The notes: generated by a model not told the origin, from the letters alone. DNA of 63,747 bases, filler included, from Choristocarpus tenellus KU-1152 (GCA_964200185.2; 11 parts of 11 records of this genome joined end to end with filler, not necessarily neighbours in it); one strand, 5' to 3'. Counted from the first letter of the whole stretch, positions 38,905 to 52,500 are shown. Translations and numbers: made by a program.

Positions 38905-39274
38905 GCCCCTAGTAAGAAGATTGAGTAGTGGTGTATATATGTGTACCATATGAATATATGTGTACCATATGAATATATGTGTACCATATGGAACATCTCA
39001 AACCCCCAAGAAACCAATCAAATTGTTGTGTTAGTAAGTCACATTTCACCTTGATCAGGTCACAAGGTTTTGTGCTTCTTTGTTCTTTGATGTCTTGCTT
39101 TGGTTGCTTATTCTTGCGACATGATCAAGGTGAAATGTGACTTACTAACACAACAATTTGATTGGTCTCTTGAGGGTTTGAGATGTTCCATATGGTACAC
39201 ATATATTCATATGGTACACATATATTCATATGGTACACATATATACACCACTACTCAATCTTCTTACTAGGGGC
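38905..39274. repeat. Foldback: 153-bp inverted arms with internal 19-bp tandem subrepeats
   Basis: Arms 38905-39057 and 39122-39274 differ at 2 positions by eye. Each carries three copies of tatatgtgtaccatatg(aa). Confidence 0.95.
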
Positions 39275-39374
39275 NNNNNNNNNNNNNNNNNNNNNNNNNN
39301 NNNNNNNNNNNNNNNNNNTTAATTAATTAANNNNNNNNNNNNNNNNNNNNNNNNNNNNNNNNNNNNNNNNNNNN
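39275..39374. other. Artificial contig linker
   Basis: 44 N + TTAATTAATTAA + 44 N. Confidence 0.99.
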
Positions 39375-39582
39375 TTTTTATTGTTTTTTTTTTTAGTACA
39401 TCTAAATGAGTGAAAAGGGGTGGGGTTAGGGTTAGGGGGGGGGAAGTGAAACCGTTCATCTCTTCAAAGATATCAACACCTTGTGATGTCCATATTTGGA
39501 CACTAGGAGGCTTTTCAAGCCCTCTGCTCCAAATGCCATACCCCGTGTACAAACAGGGCCCGCCCTCTTTTTCAACTGACAG

Positions 39583-39732
39583 GTGAAGGATGCCTTGGAT
39601 GAGATGTATGCACACATCAACAAGCTCAGCCCTGGGGAGGGTGAAGAGGTTGGTGCTGGGGATGATGAAGACGACAAGGAAGACTATACAACCTATGTCT
39701 GTAATAAGTTTGCCTTGCTTGGAGTGAAGTAG
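39583..39732 (+). CDS. Probable terminal exon of V-type H+-ATPase subunit C
   Basis: ctctttttcaactgacAG|VKDALDEMYAHINKLSPGEGEEVGAGDDEDDKEDYTTYVCNKFALLGVK* resembles the subunit C C-terminus (L..LY.HL...EY.PYV). Not in the ORF track. Confidence 0.6.
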   Translation: MKDALDEMYAHINKLSPGEGEEVGAGDDEDDKEDYTTYVCNKFALLGVK

Positions 39733-42700
39733 AAGGCAGGTTCCCACCCCACTCCCCCACGCGCATTTCCTATCATCAATTACTCTTGCTTTCCCCAGTG
39801 CAATGGACTTCAATTCCTTTCCATGGTATGTGTGCGTTTCGAGTATTTGAAGGTGAGGTGAGGTTGTAGATGGGGACCTGTTGATCCCCAGGGCTCTTTT
39901 TTCACCCCCACCCACCCCCCACTCCCCCCCCCTCCTTCCTACTGCATCACTGTAAGCCTTCTCTTGATGGTGTAGTTAGCACGGGGTGTAATGGTAGTGG
40001 CAAAGGGAAGTCTGGCCTCTGGAGGAGGGAGGGGAGGGGATATTGTTAGACCTTAGTGGGAGCTAAGAGGACTTGTTTTCTATTTTTTGGCAGTGTGCCC
40101 ATGACAACAGGAATCTTCATGTGTGCTCGTGTTGGTTTGTTTGTCATTGGTCTCTCAAGTGGGTATTTTGGGGGGAAACAGGGACGGGTCTCCTCCCTTC
40201 TCTGTAATCCCTGTTCCAGCTCTGATGTGCGCAGTGGCGAGCTCAAACTTGCTGGTTCTTTGATGGACAGACGTAGATGGATGGCTTAGTGTTAATACCA
40301 TGCTCTTACTTCCTCTCGCTATTGTGACTCTGAGGTTGGTTTTGATGGCTTTCTTTTGTGGTGATAGGTGTGACACAATGAGCCGCAGTATCAGTGCTTT
40401 TGTTGGTTCAAGTAGGGATCCTAGTGTAGTGGGGGGAGGTTGTGATGATGATGGGACTCTTTGCGTGCCTGATGCCATTTTGTGGCAGGCTTACATCTGT
40501 TTGTGTTGGCTTTTTCCCTGGCTTTTGCAGCTCAGTGAGTGGTACAAGAAAGATGTGCAAAAGGAAGAAGGCAAGGAGGAGATTGTCGTGTGCTCATGAG
40601 AAAAAGCAGGGGATACACCTCCTGGGGCAGGTAGTGGAATGAGGGCATTCACCGCCCTCTTTAGGAAGGTGGTTAATTAAAGGTGTTTTGCTTCTGGAGA
40701 GATAGCTATACAGGAGGCTAACTGGGAATTGACCGTTTTATTTGTGTGCTGTGTGTGCCTGTGTGTGTGCCTGTCTGTTTGTGTTTCATATATCCTGCAC
40801 ACACTACCTCCGCACTTGTTGCTTCCCCCTTTACATCTGTTGTCCGAGAGGGCTTTTCCCACTTGATGAGTGCCCTTCTCCCTTCCAGAGGAGGGCAGAA
40901 AATGGTCGGAAGCGAGATGATCTAATAGTAATGTCTCATTTTTTTTTATACAGCATATGATTCTTCATTGCTCTGACTGGGCTGCATGTGAGTAAAGAGT
41001 ACCATGATGCTATGGCGGTGGTGCTTCCCAGTAGTTCTTGCTTTTTAATTTTCTCCTGTGTTGCGGTCCATAGAGTTTCTGTTACTACCATACGTTACAA
41101 TTAGTGTACTGGACCTTCATAGTATACTTCGTGCATGATGTCCTTATTTACTTTAAGATGCTTATTTGCATGCATGTGCTTTGTGGGTGGGGTCAAGCAA
41201 GAACTGTGGGTTTTATTGTTGGTTCTGTGGTAGTGCAAGCCTTGAAAGGAAGGTGTTGGTGTCGGTTCAAGTTACTCAGATCAGATACCTTCTACTAAGG
41301 AGTAATGCGTACTTCAAGGCACGATTTATTTGTATTGGTAGAGTGTCAGTGGTTCTTGCATATTTGATCCTTTCTTGACTATGGTCCAGGCTGGTGCCTG
41401 CATCATCAAGAGGAGATCGACTTATTTATTATGAAATCTTTCTGCGATGTCATCGTGGTAGTAGTAGTAAAGCAAAGAAGGAATCAGCACCGGTAGTGAA
41501 ACACAAAATGTTTTATTATTTCTATCATTTAGACTACACCCTATCCTGCTGTGGTGTAGGTAGGTTTATCCTGCTTCAACCTGGCACAGCCACCACTCAC
41601 TGCTGTTGTGCTTGGTTAGTTGTACACAATGATGGTGCCCCATCACACATAGATACATAAATGTTTGAAGTGAAATAATATATATAGCCCTCCTCCTCTA
41701 CCATGTTCTTGACATTGTCATGCGTTATTATTATTACTGTCTTCACATCTTTGTCAGGGTATTATACCGCCCCATGGTCAGAGGCACCACGTGGTGTAAT
41801 TTTATATAATATGAATACTTCTCATTTACATTTTGTGATGTCACAAGAGTTGTAACTATTGTGCGAAGCAATTCATTATATTGCCCTACTTCTCGCACAT
41901 TGGGTGCAGCCATCCCACTGCTCGTTGCTTCACCTCTCCCTCAAATCTTGGGCTGGAACTGCCGTGGCAATGTTGTCGATCTGGAGTGATTAAGCTTGCT
42001 ATCTCTTTCGTTCATGGACTACTGAAAGGTTAGTACAGGACTGACAATCAGACGGTATGAAGATATGTATATAGTAAGTGCATACCCAGTTATTAATTAA
42101 AGAACATGCAACCACAATTTATTGTCCTGTTGATTACTCTCAACTATCAGAGGCTCAGATCTTTGATTGTGGGTGGTCACGACAGCCACGGGGTCATGTT
42201 GATGGGACAGTGATGAAGTGGACAGGAAGAGGATGAAGGTGAAGGAAAAAGATCCGAGAAGGTGGACAGTCAAGGCATCCTCAAGGCAGTATGTGCAACT
42301 GCACGAGCAAGGTGCGTGCAGAAAACCAGAACGGAAAAGAAACTGAACACCTCCAGGTCAAGTTTGATGCTTGAAGTGGGGCCATTCACAACACAACACA
42401 ATCAATGAGAGTCATTCTTGGTGACCTCAATGAAGCAAGAATCATCAAGAGGATCTGAGACAAAGGCAACCAGTTCATGGATACCCTTCCCAGAACTGGA
42501 ACTGAGAACCCATGGTGTCATCAGTGAATCAGAGGAGGACTGTCCGCAATATTCTCCATGAGAGAAATCCCCTGGACGTGTCCTCAGACTCGAAATCCAA
42601 AAAGACCCTTGTTGAAACTCTGGATGTGAGATATGTCACCGGATATATCTCTCAGACTCAGCGAATAGGAAGGAACCTGAGTGAGACTCTCAACCTGAGA

Positions 42701-43834
42701 TGTGCCACTAGAGACGACCTTCAGATCTGCTCTCCACATCACCCCCCCAGGCCGTGAGCCTCACAAGCTCACGCTGATGGCAAGGCTAACCCAGACATGT
42801 GAGAACAGGGAAGAATAAAAAAACAGACTGGCATGCACAAATGTGAGATTGAACTCACTCTTGTTGTGTGTGTTAAAAATAGGGTACTCATTCGATTTGT
42901 ATTGATACGATACAGTATCACCGGTTCATACTGAATGTTGATTTGTCCATTGCACTGGTCGTTACTTCCACTCACATCACCAACTCATCATCACAACATC
43001 AGCAATCCCTCTTAGAACATCACAGTACATAGGAAGCATCACATATCACATATACAGGCATCATATGTGTCAAATGAGTTGCCCCAGATATTGATTCAAG
43101 TTTGTCTCCTTGATTCTTCTTTGTTCCTTTTTTTTCCTTTTTCCTTTTTTCTTCACATCAGAAGTCTTCAGTTGTACATTATGTGTTGACAATTATTTTT
43201 CTTGGCTGAAATTGCCCCCTCATAATATATCATGCTCACGCTGCACTTCGTGTACCTGATACACACAAGGATGCATTATAATCAGAGTTGAAATATTGAG
43301 CAAAGCATGTCAGGATCTACCAGAACAAACTCACTGGTGCTTTATTGCACTGTGACACCCTTCGTCACAAGATAGACCAGCAAAACCAACCATGACACAT
43401 ACGAATTGAGGTTTCAACAGTATGATAGGGCATGAATCCATCATTCAAGAAAGAATCTTGTAGTGGTCATGACTCCCATGACTCCACTATTGACTGGCCA
43501 ATAGATAACGGAGAAGGAATTTCGCGGATGGGTTATTCCTTTGTCGTCTCCACCAATTCAGGAGAGTCCAAAATGACCAAAGAGAACTACTACCCAAATG
43601 GGGTTTCCCTGTGTAGTTAGTTTCTTGGGGGAGCTATCATGGACGACGAGAATTCCCTGTAAGGTCTCCTCCATTTGGGGGAGGTACTAAAGACTAAAAG
43701 AGAATTCCCACATGAGTGTTTTGTACGTAGTATCCACTCACCTGGGAATCTACATTGCCTTGAGAAATTGGTGTGGGTTGTGAAGTCACCGTACTCTCAA
43801 ATTCTTCAGTGAAGAGGAAGAATCTTCTTCGCTA

Positions 43835-43985
43835 AAACAGCCAATTTCAAGAATTGAGGATGGAGCTTTTCATTGAGGATGTTGTACAATACAAAAAAAA
43901 CATATCGACGCTTATCCCAGTCCATTTTGGGTCAAGCCCATCCTCAATGAAAAGCTCCATCCTCAATTTTTGAAATCGGCTGTTT
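43835..43985. mobile_element. Hairpin MITE-like element, family B (47-bp arms)
   Basis: aaacagccaatttcaagaattgaggatggagcttttcattgaggatg ... catcctcaatgaaaagctccatcctcaatttttgaaatcggctgttt. A right arm recurs at 59942-59975. Confidence 0.8.
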
Positions 43986-44150
43986 AAGGGAGATGCTTTG
44001 AAGTACTGTACACAGTAAATGTTGCTATTAGTATACATGAAGTAAGAATTGTTCGTGTGTTTATGTAGCAAGATAATGTGTATGAATGGTACATTAGTAA
44101 TGGATCGGGATATTGGAATATATGGTGATGTTCAAGTAACACTAGGAAAT

Positions 44151-44381
44151 AACAGAGGATTTTCAAAATTGAGGATGGAGCGGGGCTATGAGGATGGTTG
44201 TTCTGCGAAAACGGTNNNNNNNNNNNNNNNNNNNNNNNNNNNNNNNNNNNNNNNNNNNNTTAATTAATTAANNNNNNNNNNNNNNNNNNNNNNNNNNNNN
44301 NNNNNNNNNNNNNNNTCTAGTTTTCGCAAAACAACGTTCCTCATAGTCCCGCTCCTCCCTCAATTTTGCGAATCCCCTGTT
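44151..44381. mobile_element. Family B-related inverted arms on either side of a linker
   Basis: 44151-44215 (aacagaggattttcaaaattgaggatggagcggggctatgagga...) is the imperfect reverse complement of 44316-44381. Confidence 0.65.
44216..44315. other. Artificial contig linker
   Basis: 44 N + TTAATTAATTAA + 44 N. Confidence 0.99.
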
Positions 44382-45540
44382 CAACGGAGAGATTGGCAGA
44401 GTTGCACTTTAAGGATCTCAAAAAGAGACAAACATGTCATTTTGTACACTACTTGTAGAAAGAGCTTTCACAGAATTATAGTCACCTTTTGTAAGGAACG
44501 GTGGAGTATCAAATTGGCGTCCAACAAAGTGCACATGAAGCAATGAAACTGAGTGTATTGCACAGAGGGAGAGAAAGGAGGTATAGAATGCAAAAGGGTC
44601 CAAAATTGCCTACCTCTCAATTGCTTGGGCTCAATAAATATATATCGCTGCTGGCACACAGTTGCCTTGATACTCTCACACCCAGTCTTCACAAGACTAA
44701 GAGCAACTTGTTAGACCAATGATTGGTGTGTTCCCGTTCATGAAATCCAATACTACAAAGTACAACTTAGAAGAAGGAAGGAGAGTGCAACTTCGGACAA
44801 TGGACCTGGTGGAGTGTCAATATTATACAATCATGTACGAAAACTTCAAGCTTCTTAGCCTTGGGCATTCGAATCTTAAGCTCAAGTGACACACTTGGGT
44901 CCTGGCGGATAGTGCTTGGCTGTATTATTTGTCAAAAGAACTCCTAGTTCTCAGAATCATCTGGATGATGTCAGCAGTGATAGTGGCTTCGTCACTGATG
45001 GTGCTCTCAACCAAAACAACTTATCAGTTTTCTTCTAGGTCTGGTTCAGTTTCAAATCGCTGTCGTCATCCTGACCAAACCTCGGGTCTTGGATACAATA
45101 CCCACATCATTAACACAAAGTGTGTATCAACAGAACAAACCGACCCTATAATAAGGAAGTGTACACTACATTGCGTGTCCCAAAATGGATTTGGATGATC
45201 GAAACCAGATTTCTGTGAAAGAAAACTACTACGACTAGTCTTGTCGAACTGGCGTGAAACCCCAAACAAAATTTGTCAATGAAAGGTGTGTTGAATGAAT
45301 GAGCACGACATGAAAGGAAACACAACCTCAATTTAATATCAAATTATATATCTTAAACATATCATTCACTTGAACCTTGCCGTTATAATCCACCTCTTTC
45401 GTGTTAGATATCTAGAGAGAAATTTTACCACTTAACATTCCCAAGTAGGTTCCAACTTTTGGTGTTGTGGCCTAGGTCTGGAAAGAGGGAACTGACCTAC
45501 CCGACGACTGTTAGGTTTAACAGCCCGACGTGCCACGGAA

Positions 45541-48500
45541 ATGGATTTCGATAGCTTAGCTTTTCGTGGGATAACACCAAGCAGTGTAAACGTCCCTCGT
45601 CGAGATTATTGTGCAGCTTGTTTAGAAGAACGCATTGATTCCAGGACAGAGCACTGCTTTGTTTGTGGAGAAGCACTCTCTTCCAGACCATCGAATCAGG
45701 TAGGATATGGGGAATATCGCGTTGGACCAATGTTCTCGACCATGGACAGCATTTTCAGCTCTGACATTTTTGCATATCAATGCACAACCTTCATTGTCCA
45801 TTGCAAACAGCAGGCAGGCACAGGAACACACACATCGGATGCGGGGAGCAGTGAGCAGGTATCAGAGGAGATACTTCGGTTCATTAGGGCTGTGGAGAGA
45901 AACGGTATTCCCGTCAGATTAGGGCTACCTTCTCCAACCGACGGAGACATTGATGGTGGATTGTTGGAAGATTGGCAAGGTGCAGTGGTGATTAACGATA
46001 CTCAAGAGGACGGCACACTTGCTCCAGCATCACAGGGTGCTATTGACAACCTTCGCCGTTTTGAGGTGAAAATTAGCCCCCCTTTGCGTGGATTCCGTTG
46101 TCCTTACTTCCTTCTCTTCAATGTCACACGTGCCCATGATCATGCTCATTGCAACAACTCTCGACAGCCCCCGAGAATGAAAGAGGCACAGTCGCATCGC
46201 TTGTTAAGTCTCTGGCTGAAGCATTATACTGTTCATACAAGACCTTGTCATTCCTCTCTTTTTTGCTTGCTCTGCCAATCAGGTCACGGAAAATAGCTGG
46301 GTTCTCCATCAAACTACTCTTCGACTGGAGAGGGGATTGGACACCTCTCTTGATGCCCTATTTGCCCAATTCTCACCGCCACCTAGTGAGAGCATCATAA
46401 GCCGGTTGATGTTGGCTCAACCAACCACTGGGCATGTTGAATTTGACAATACTCCAGAATTGCATGGAAGGTGAAGTTAGAATATAGATAGATAGCTTTG
46501 CAAATTGATGCTGCATACAACAGAGGCAAACAAGACGCTATCTGCCACGTTACGCTATCTACACTTCATTTATCGCGCTCTTCACTACTCCAAGTTATGG
46601 ATCCTTTTAAATTCCCCCGTAGATGCTATGGTACAAGTGGAGCCGCGGCAGATTGAATCCCCCCTAACACCTATTCCATGAACCCGCCCTACACAAATTG
46701 GCTGGCGTCCTGGACCTTGAAGGTACTGACTGAGTCGCCTTTTATCTTGAGCTGAGTTTTTGCTGAAGTAACAATTGAGGACCAACGATGCATTCCTCTC
46801 AACTCTCTTGTTTTCAACAGCTTGGTTGTGGTGGATCGTGGAATGTGTACGTTTGTGTCAAAAGCTATACGAGCACAACAGGCAGGGGCAGTGGGTGTCA
46901 TTGTGGTGCAGAGTGGAGACGTATGGCCATACGTGATGGAGGACTCCAAGGGGGAGGCCAAAGCTATGGGTTTAAAGATCCCGGTGTGCATGATCGACAA
47001 GGAAAATGGTGAGAGTATCGGTGTATTGGTAAGGCCAAAGATGCATGTATGACTCCAGTATATCTTGATGCCACTTTGAAGGTTCATCCGCTGCAAGTCA
47101 AACCAAATGAGTTCATTTTGGGGGTTGACTGTCAACCAAGTCTGGAAAAGCTCTTCTTTTTTTTCCAGTTGAAGGATATTTCGACTGAAAGCTCACCTAT
47201 GACATTGTGAGGTACAGATTAATTGAGACGCCTTGAGCAATTAATTCCAAGGAACCAATAAAGTATTGCTGACCCAAATCGACCCCCATTTGATCTGTTG
47301 GTTGTTACTGTATGTACTTACCCACCTTAGACGACATTTCCTTCCAATCTCTCTTGCCACTGTCGGCTGGGGTGAACACAGAAATTCATTTTCCCCCTTT
47401 TGTCGGCAGGTACTGTAGACCAATGAAGAGGTCTGACCAATGAAGACCTTGGCCTTTTCTCAGCACTACTGCCACTGACCCCGAGCCAATGTGACTTGAT
47501 TCTCTTCGTTGGTATCAGGAGAAGCAGTCAAGAGAGCGTTGATGTCAGCCACTGCGAAAGGTGTACCTGTACGTGCAGAGCTATCAGTTAGCACATCAGA
47601 AAAGGTGAAATCATGACCAGTAAGCTGTGACTAAGTCAACTGTTGGTCTGCTCGGTGTACTGTACATATATCATGCAGTGTGCTTTGGCCCACGGCAAAC
47701 AGTAGCTCAAAGCATTGAAGATTGACTGAGTGTATATTCTCTGTAGAGTCTTGTTGGCTTGTGCAAGTTTCAAAGCAGTACTTCATGCCAGATGCTCGTT
47801 CCCTAATACCATTACTGCATACTACATGGTATAATTGTGTGCTGAAGATTCTGGTGGATGTAAGCATGACCCTTTGAAGCATCTCTAAGTGTAATTGTCT
47901 TTTGTTCTTTTGAAGAGATCGACCCACTCACCCCATGGTTCGGGGAAAATATTGTGCATATGCGTGAGTTTTGGGTCTCGGCAGTGTGTGTTCTCACCAA
48001 CCACTGTAAGTTTTCATGAGGATACGTCATGGACACCCTGTTTATAGCAAGTGGTACAGTGTTGTTTGTTTCTACTCCTTTTTTGCATACGGTCTATGAA
48101 AGCACATTTAATGAAACTTGGTATCTGCTTCAAAGTATGGCATACAATTCTATTGCGGTGCTTCAAGAGTACCAGTTGTGTACTGTAATACGCAAACACC
48201 TCCTGATCGACACATGTATTCCTCCAATCCTCTCTTGTTCATGAGGTTCCCCATTGATCTGCTCCACTTCTCCACTCATTCGGCAGGACTGCATTGTTTG
48301 CCAGGACTTATTTGCAGTAGGGGCCACCCTCTTTCGACTCCCTTGTGGGCACTTGTATCATGAGGTCAGTTGTTGTTTGCCCCTGGTGACCCAAATCAAA
48401 TCCACAACCTACATTTCCTTGCATTGTTGCACTCCCCCCCAGATATTGCATCAGGTTAACCCTACGTTGCTCTAAAATCATGTTTTCAAAATACCGTTGT

Positions 48501-48818
48501 GTTTTTGTTTGATGAGCAGTCCAGAGGAGTACTTTGAACTACCATTCTTGGAAAGCAATCTATCTGACTGAGTAAGCACCACCAACATCGTACAACATAG
48601 TGTCCAATCTACTTTGCTTAATCATTGCTGTGTGTGTTTTGTACTCCTCACTCAAAATTGGGGATGTTTGATAGGGCTGTCTCTTGAAGTGGCTCAAGTT
48701 GAGAAATACCTGTCCCTACTGCCGCTTAGAGCTACCCACGTCCAACCCCAACAAGGAACGAGAAAGGAGACAGAGGGATGCGGGATCAGAGGAGACATGG
48801 TCAGAGTGGTTCAACTAG
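45541..48818 (+). CDS. E3 ubiquitin ligase: N-terminal Zn ribbon + PA (protease-associated) domain + RING-H2, about 365 aa, 7 exons
   Basis: Phase-consistent GT-AG exons 45541-45699, 45811-46065, 46283-46470, 46821-47008, 47519-47604, 48287-48364, 48675-48818. Motifs: CAAC..CFVC; PASQGAIDNL; VVDRGMCTFVSKAIRAQQAGAVGVIV..IPVCMIDKENGE; CIVC..LPCGHLYHEGCLLKWL..TCPYC. Confidence 0.9.
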
Positions 48819-49585
48819 CCCTGCCTGGGAGAAGTAAATGGCACCCTTAAACTGACGCATTCTGAATTGCATGTATTCCTCAAGGCATCTGTGGTAGATG
48901 TGTGCTTTGTTCATTCCTTTGTTAACTCTTATTTGCTCGTAAGGATTGAATTCTGTTAAATTAGTGCTGTGCCGTGTGTTAGTATTCACTGACAAAATAG
49001 GCAGATCAAGGGAAGGGTTCGCCCTCAACAACAAAAAGAAACTGTCTATAAAATTACAGAAAAATATGCGGGCGTATGATTGATGCACATTGTGCTCAGC
49101 GTGGATTCATGCGATGAAAATTTGGCTCAAGAGCTTCAAAACATCACTCTCCCAGGTGCTACATCTTGCCCTTTTATTGCTCTGATTCAAGCAAGGATAC
49201 GCTTGCCTCTACAAAATTGTTCACCTGACCACTCTTGTGGCATAAGAGTACTACTCCCAGGCTATCTATATACAGTACTGTTCCTAGGGGAAGGGGGGGG
49301 GTGTATTAACACAAGATTCATGGAGCCCTTTCACGAATCTTTGCATGGAGTGCCCCTCCATGGTGATATCGGTGCCATCTCCCTTGGACGCTCTGAATAG
49401 AAAACGTTTTGTGCAGCTCTCACAAGGGGTGTTGCAGTAGGAACCTGGAGGAAATCTGTGATGGTCTGGAGGGGGGATGAGCGAGCAGTCTGGTGGTTAG
49501 ATAATCGCAAGCGGCAAGTGGTGTGTGGAAGTGGGATGGCGAGGGGACAGAAGGGGAGAGACTGAGGCACATGAGTATCGTGCCT

Positions 49586-52500
49586 TCATGAGGTGGCGTA
49601 CTTGAAACACACTCCTTCACAGGAGAGGGTCAACTGTTTGTGATGCCACAAATGTGTACCACTGCGAGGATGCTGTTGTGTTTGGCGGTGAAGAGGCCTC
49701 ACCCTCATTCTATCGCTGTCGCATTCAATTATCCCCATGTCTTCCTTGGCAAGGATGCACCACCGAGCCCGACCCTTCAGCAGCATCATTGCCCCAGTAC
49801 GAACACTCTTACGATTAATAAGGATGTGGGCATGATCAGCCACAATCCGATGCCACCAAACCTTGATTCAGAAAGGGTCAAGTCAAAAACAAAGGGAGGG
49901 GAAGGGGAGAGAGTGTTGATAACTGCACCATTTCTCCAATTTTCACCTCTGAAAAAGTACATTACAGGAGCCCTGGTAGTAGGTGTCACAGATTTGAAAA
50001 TTTAGATTTGGCATGACTTCAATCCCAGTGTGGACAACCAGGTATCGGCAATGACGGGTGTGCAAGGTGACCCTGCTCATTTGAATGCAGAATATCTGCT
50101 GCAGTCCCTTCTGGCAGTTTGCTTCCTCGTGGGACTCACTCCATGCAACAGCGACAACATCTCAACAGGGGAGTGAGACTTCTTTGCACTTCTCTTCAAG
50201 TTTCTTTTCCATGTTCCGGCAACTCCTGTGTCTTGTTCAACCTCAGCCAGCACCTCCTTTGCCCTCAGGATCTGTGATTTTGAAAGTCCATCGAGCAAAC
50301 TGAGGAAAGTTATCCACTCGCTGCCAATGGCCTTGAACATTGACACCATGTGCACAGGTGCCATGAAGTGCTTACAGGCCTCTGCTCTAGACCATGGAAA
50401 TTGAGGTTTTCACCTACGCATCCAAGGTGATATAACTCCCTGTCCCATCTCTTTCTTTAGTAAAGTTAGATATCTGTTACACAAAATTGAATGGTCCTCT
50501 ATGCAAAGAAGAAGAGAAGTGGGCTGTAGTTAATGGGCAAACATGAAGATGAAATGTGCTCCAACCCCAATTAATTACATGGACAATTTTTGAAAGGGAA
50601 CCTGTAAGAGTTCAAAAATGTGAAAATACCCCAAATACAGCATGAAATGCCGGGGAACAAAACCAATCTCTTTTCTGGCTCGAAGGATGGGCAGCAAGAA
50701 ACAATATTTACTCTTGGCAAGAACCACTTCATTGTTCTCTTGTGTCTGGTGGACCTGATCCTGAAGAACACCCTCACAAAGGCTCAAAACAAAAAGCATA
50801 AGGGATACTCTTTGTAGCGAGCTGTTTGCTCACTCACATCATAAGTGGTCAGCACCACATCAAAAGAAGCCACCTGGTGCGAACTCATGGTTCGTCGTTC
50901 TTTGAGGGGCATGTTGTAGCTCAGAACAGAGAGTCCTGCCACGCCCCTTAGATTTGTCGCCCAGTCTTCCATGGTTGGCTTGCCCTGGGTCACAATGAGG
51001 GTGGCCCCTTGAGGAAGGCCGGTGTCTGGGTGTTCCCTCACAAGCCTGCAGAAAGGTTCCGGCACAGTGGCCATCGTAAAGCACTCGGTGAGGAAGACAA
51101 ATTCATCCTACCTATGAAGGGGAAAATGGAGCAGCCCATTGTAGGAGGACAAGAGTATGCAATTAGGTGTGCCTGGTTTATTGCTGACCGTCTGTCCACT
51201 GACTATTGTGCATGGAAGGCGATGTTAGATCAGGTTGAACGAGGCATGCCACAACAACAGCAGAACCCCATTCACAAACCCCAGTGCTCTTCTCAGTTCA
51301 AGTAAGGCAGGCCATGGTTGTATAATTTACTGAAAAATGTACTCCACAAAAGTGCTCCTTTTCAAGCGAAATGGGTTACTAGTATCACAAAATAATGTTG
51401 TTGGTCAGAAGTTGATCTTGGAGAGCTCCTTAGCTGCAGACAACACGCCCCAGAAAGGCAGTGGAAAACCTGTCCCTCCCCTTGCAGTTCTTACTCTTAC
51501 GGCTGTCAAACCTGGTGTAGCGTTCAGTGGGTGAGGCTTCAACCTCACCCTGGAGGAAGGCAAGGAGACACTTGGCACTCTCTTCGTGGACCATGTGTCC
51601 CATCACACCACCACATATGACTGATGGAGGTGTGGACTTCCTACAGGACACAACCAAGCATGGCAGAGGGGGGATAGGGGATAGAACAGTACATGTAGGC
51701 ACAGCTGTGGGCACCAGGCAGAGTGTACGAAGATGAGATTAGGAAGGAGGTGGAAGGGTGAAAATCTTAATCACTAGTGTGCTGTGCAATTGTCCTCTTG
51801 CACTCTCTACATAAGGAGGGTATGCTGTCCTTGACAAAGGTGGAGCTTCTTTTTGAAGAGCACTGTATGTTGCCCACTGTAGCCTGTAGTACTAACTGAA
51901 GTACTGTAGTACGAACTGTAGTATATATATATATACTAACAATGAACTTGACGTGCGCTTTCACATGTTGGCGTTGTGACAACCTCAGAACCAGAAAATC
52001 AGTGTGTATTCAACGAAAAATTCCAACTGCTGTGATACAAACAGCCTCTTAGCTCATCTCTTGCCAGCAATTCATGACAGCAAGTGCGTAGTGTGGTTTG
52101 ATGGTACAACGGTAGTAAAACCACGGGGATGACAAGTGGGAAGAAGAGACACACAAAGCAAGTCTCTTCAAGTCCAACACCTTTCCCTATACTTCAATGA
52201 AGGCAAAGACATCCTCAGTGTTGGTTGCACACCCTCTACTTGAAGTACTCCCACACTTGCGCTCTCTCTAGGTAACTTACGATTGATCGTTATAGGCATC
52301 AAGATAATGATTTAAAAAAATGTAAAATACCCTAACCCTAATCCAGAAAACGGTGTACCGCAATTCCACACTTTCTCGTTCAAAGCTCGCCTGTCCATTA
52401 CCATTCCAGCAAAACCTTACCATATTTCTCATTCCAATTCTACAGTCCAGACGCAACTTCAGACTGCACTCCCTAAGCTGACTGTCAAAGTAGACAACCA

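Noticed and set aside
45541-46296. 251-aa single-exon ORF
   Set aside because: It reads through an in-frame intron (45700-45810) and past the donor at 46065. The 7-exon model explains it better.
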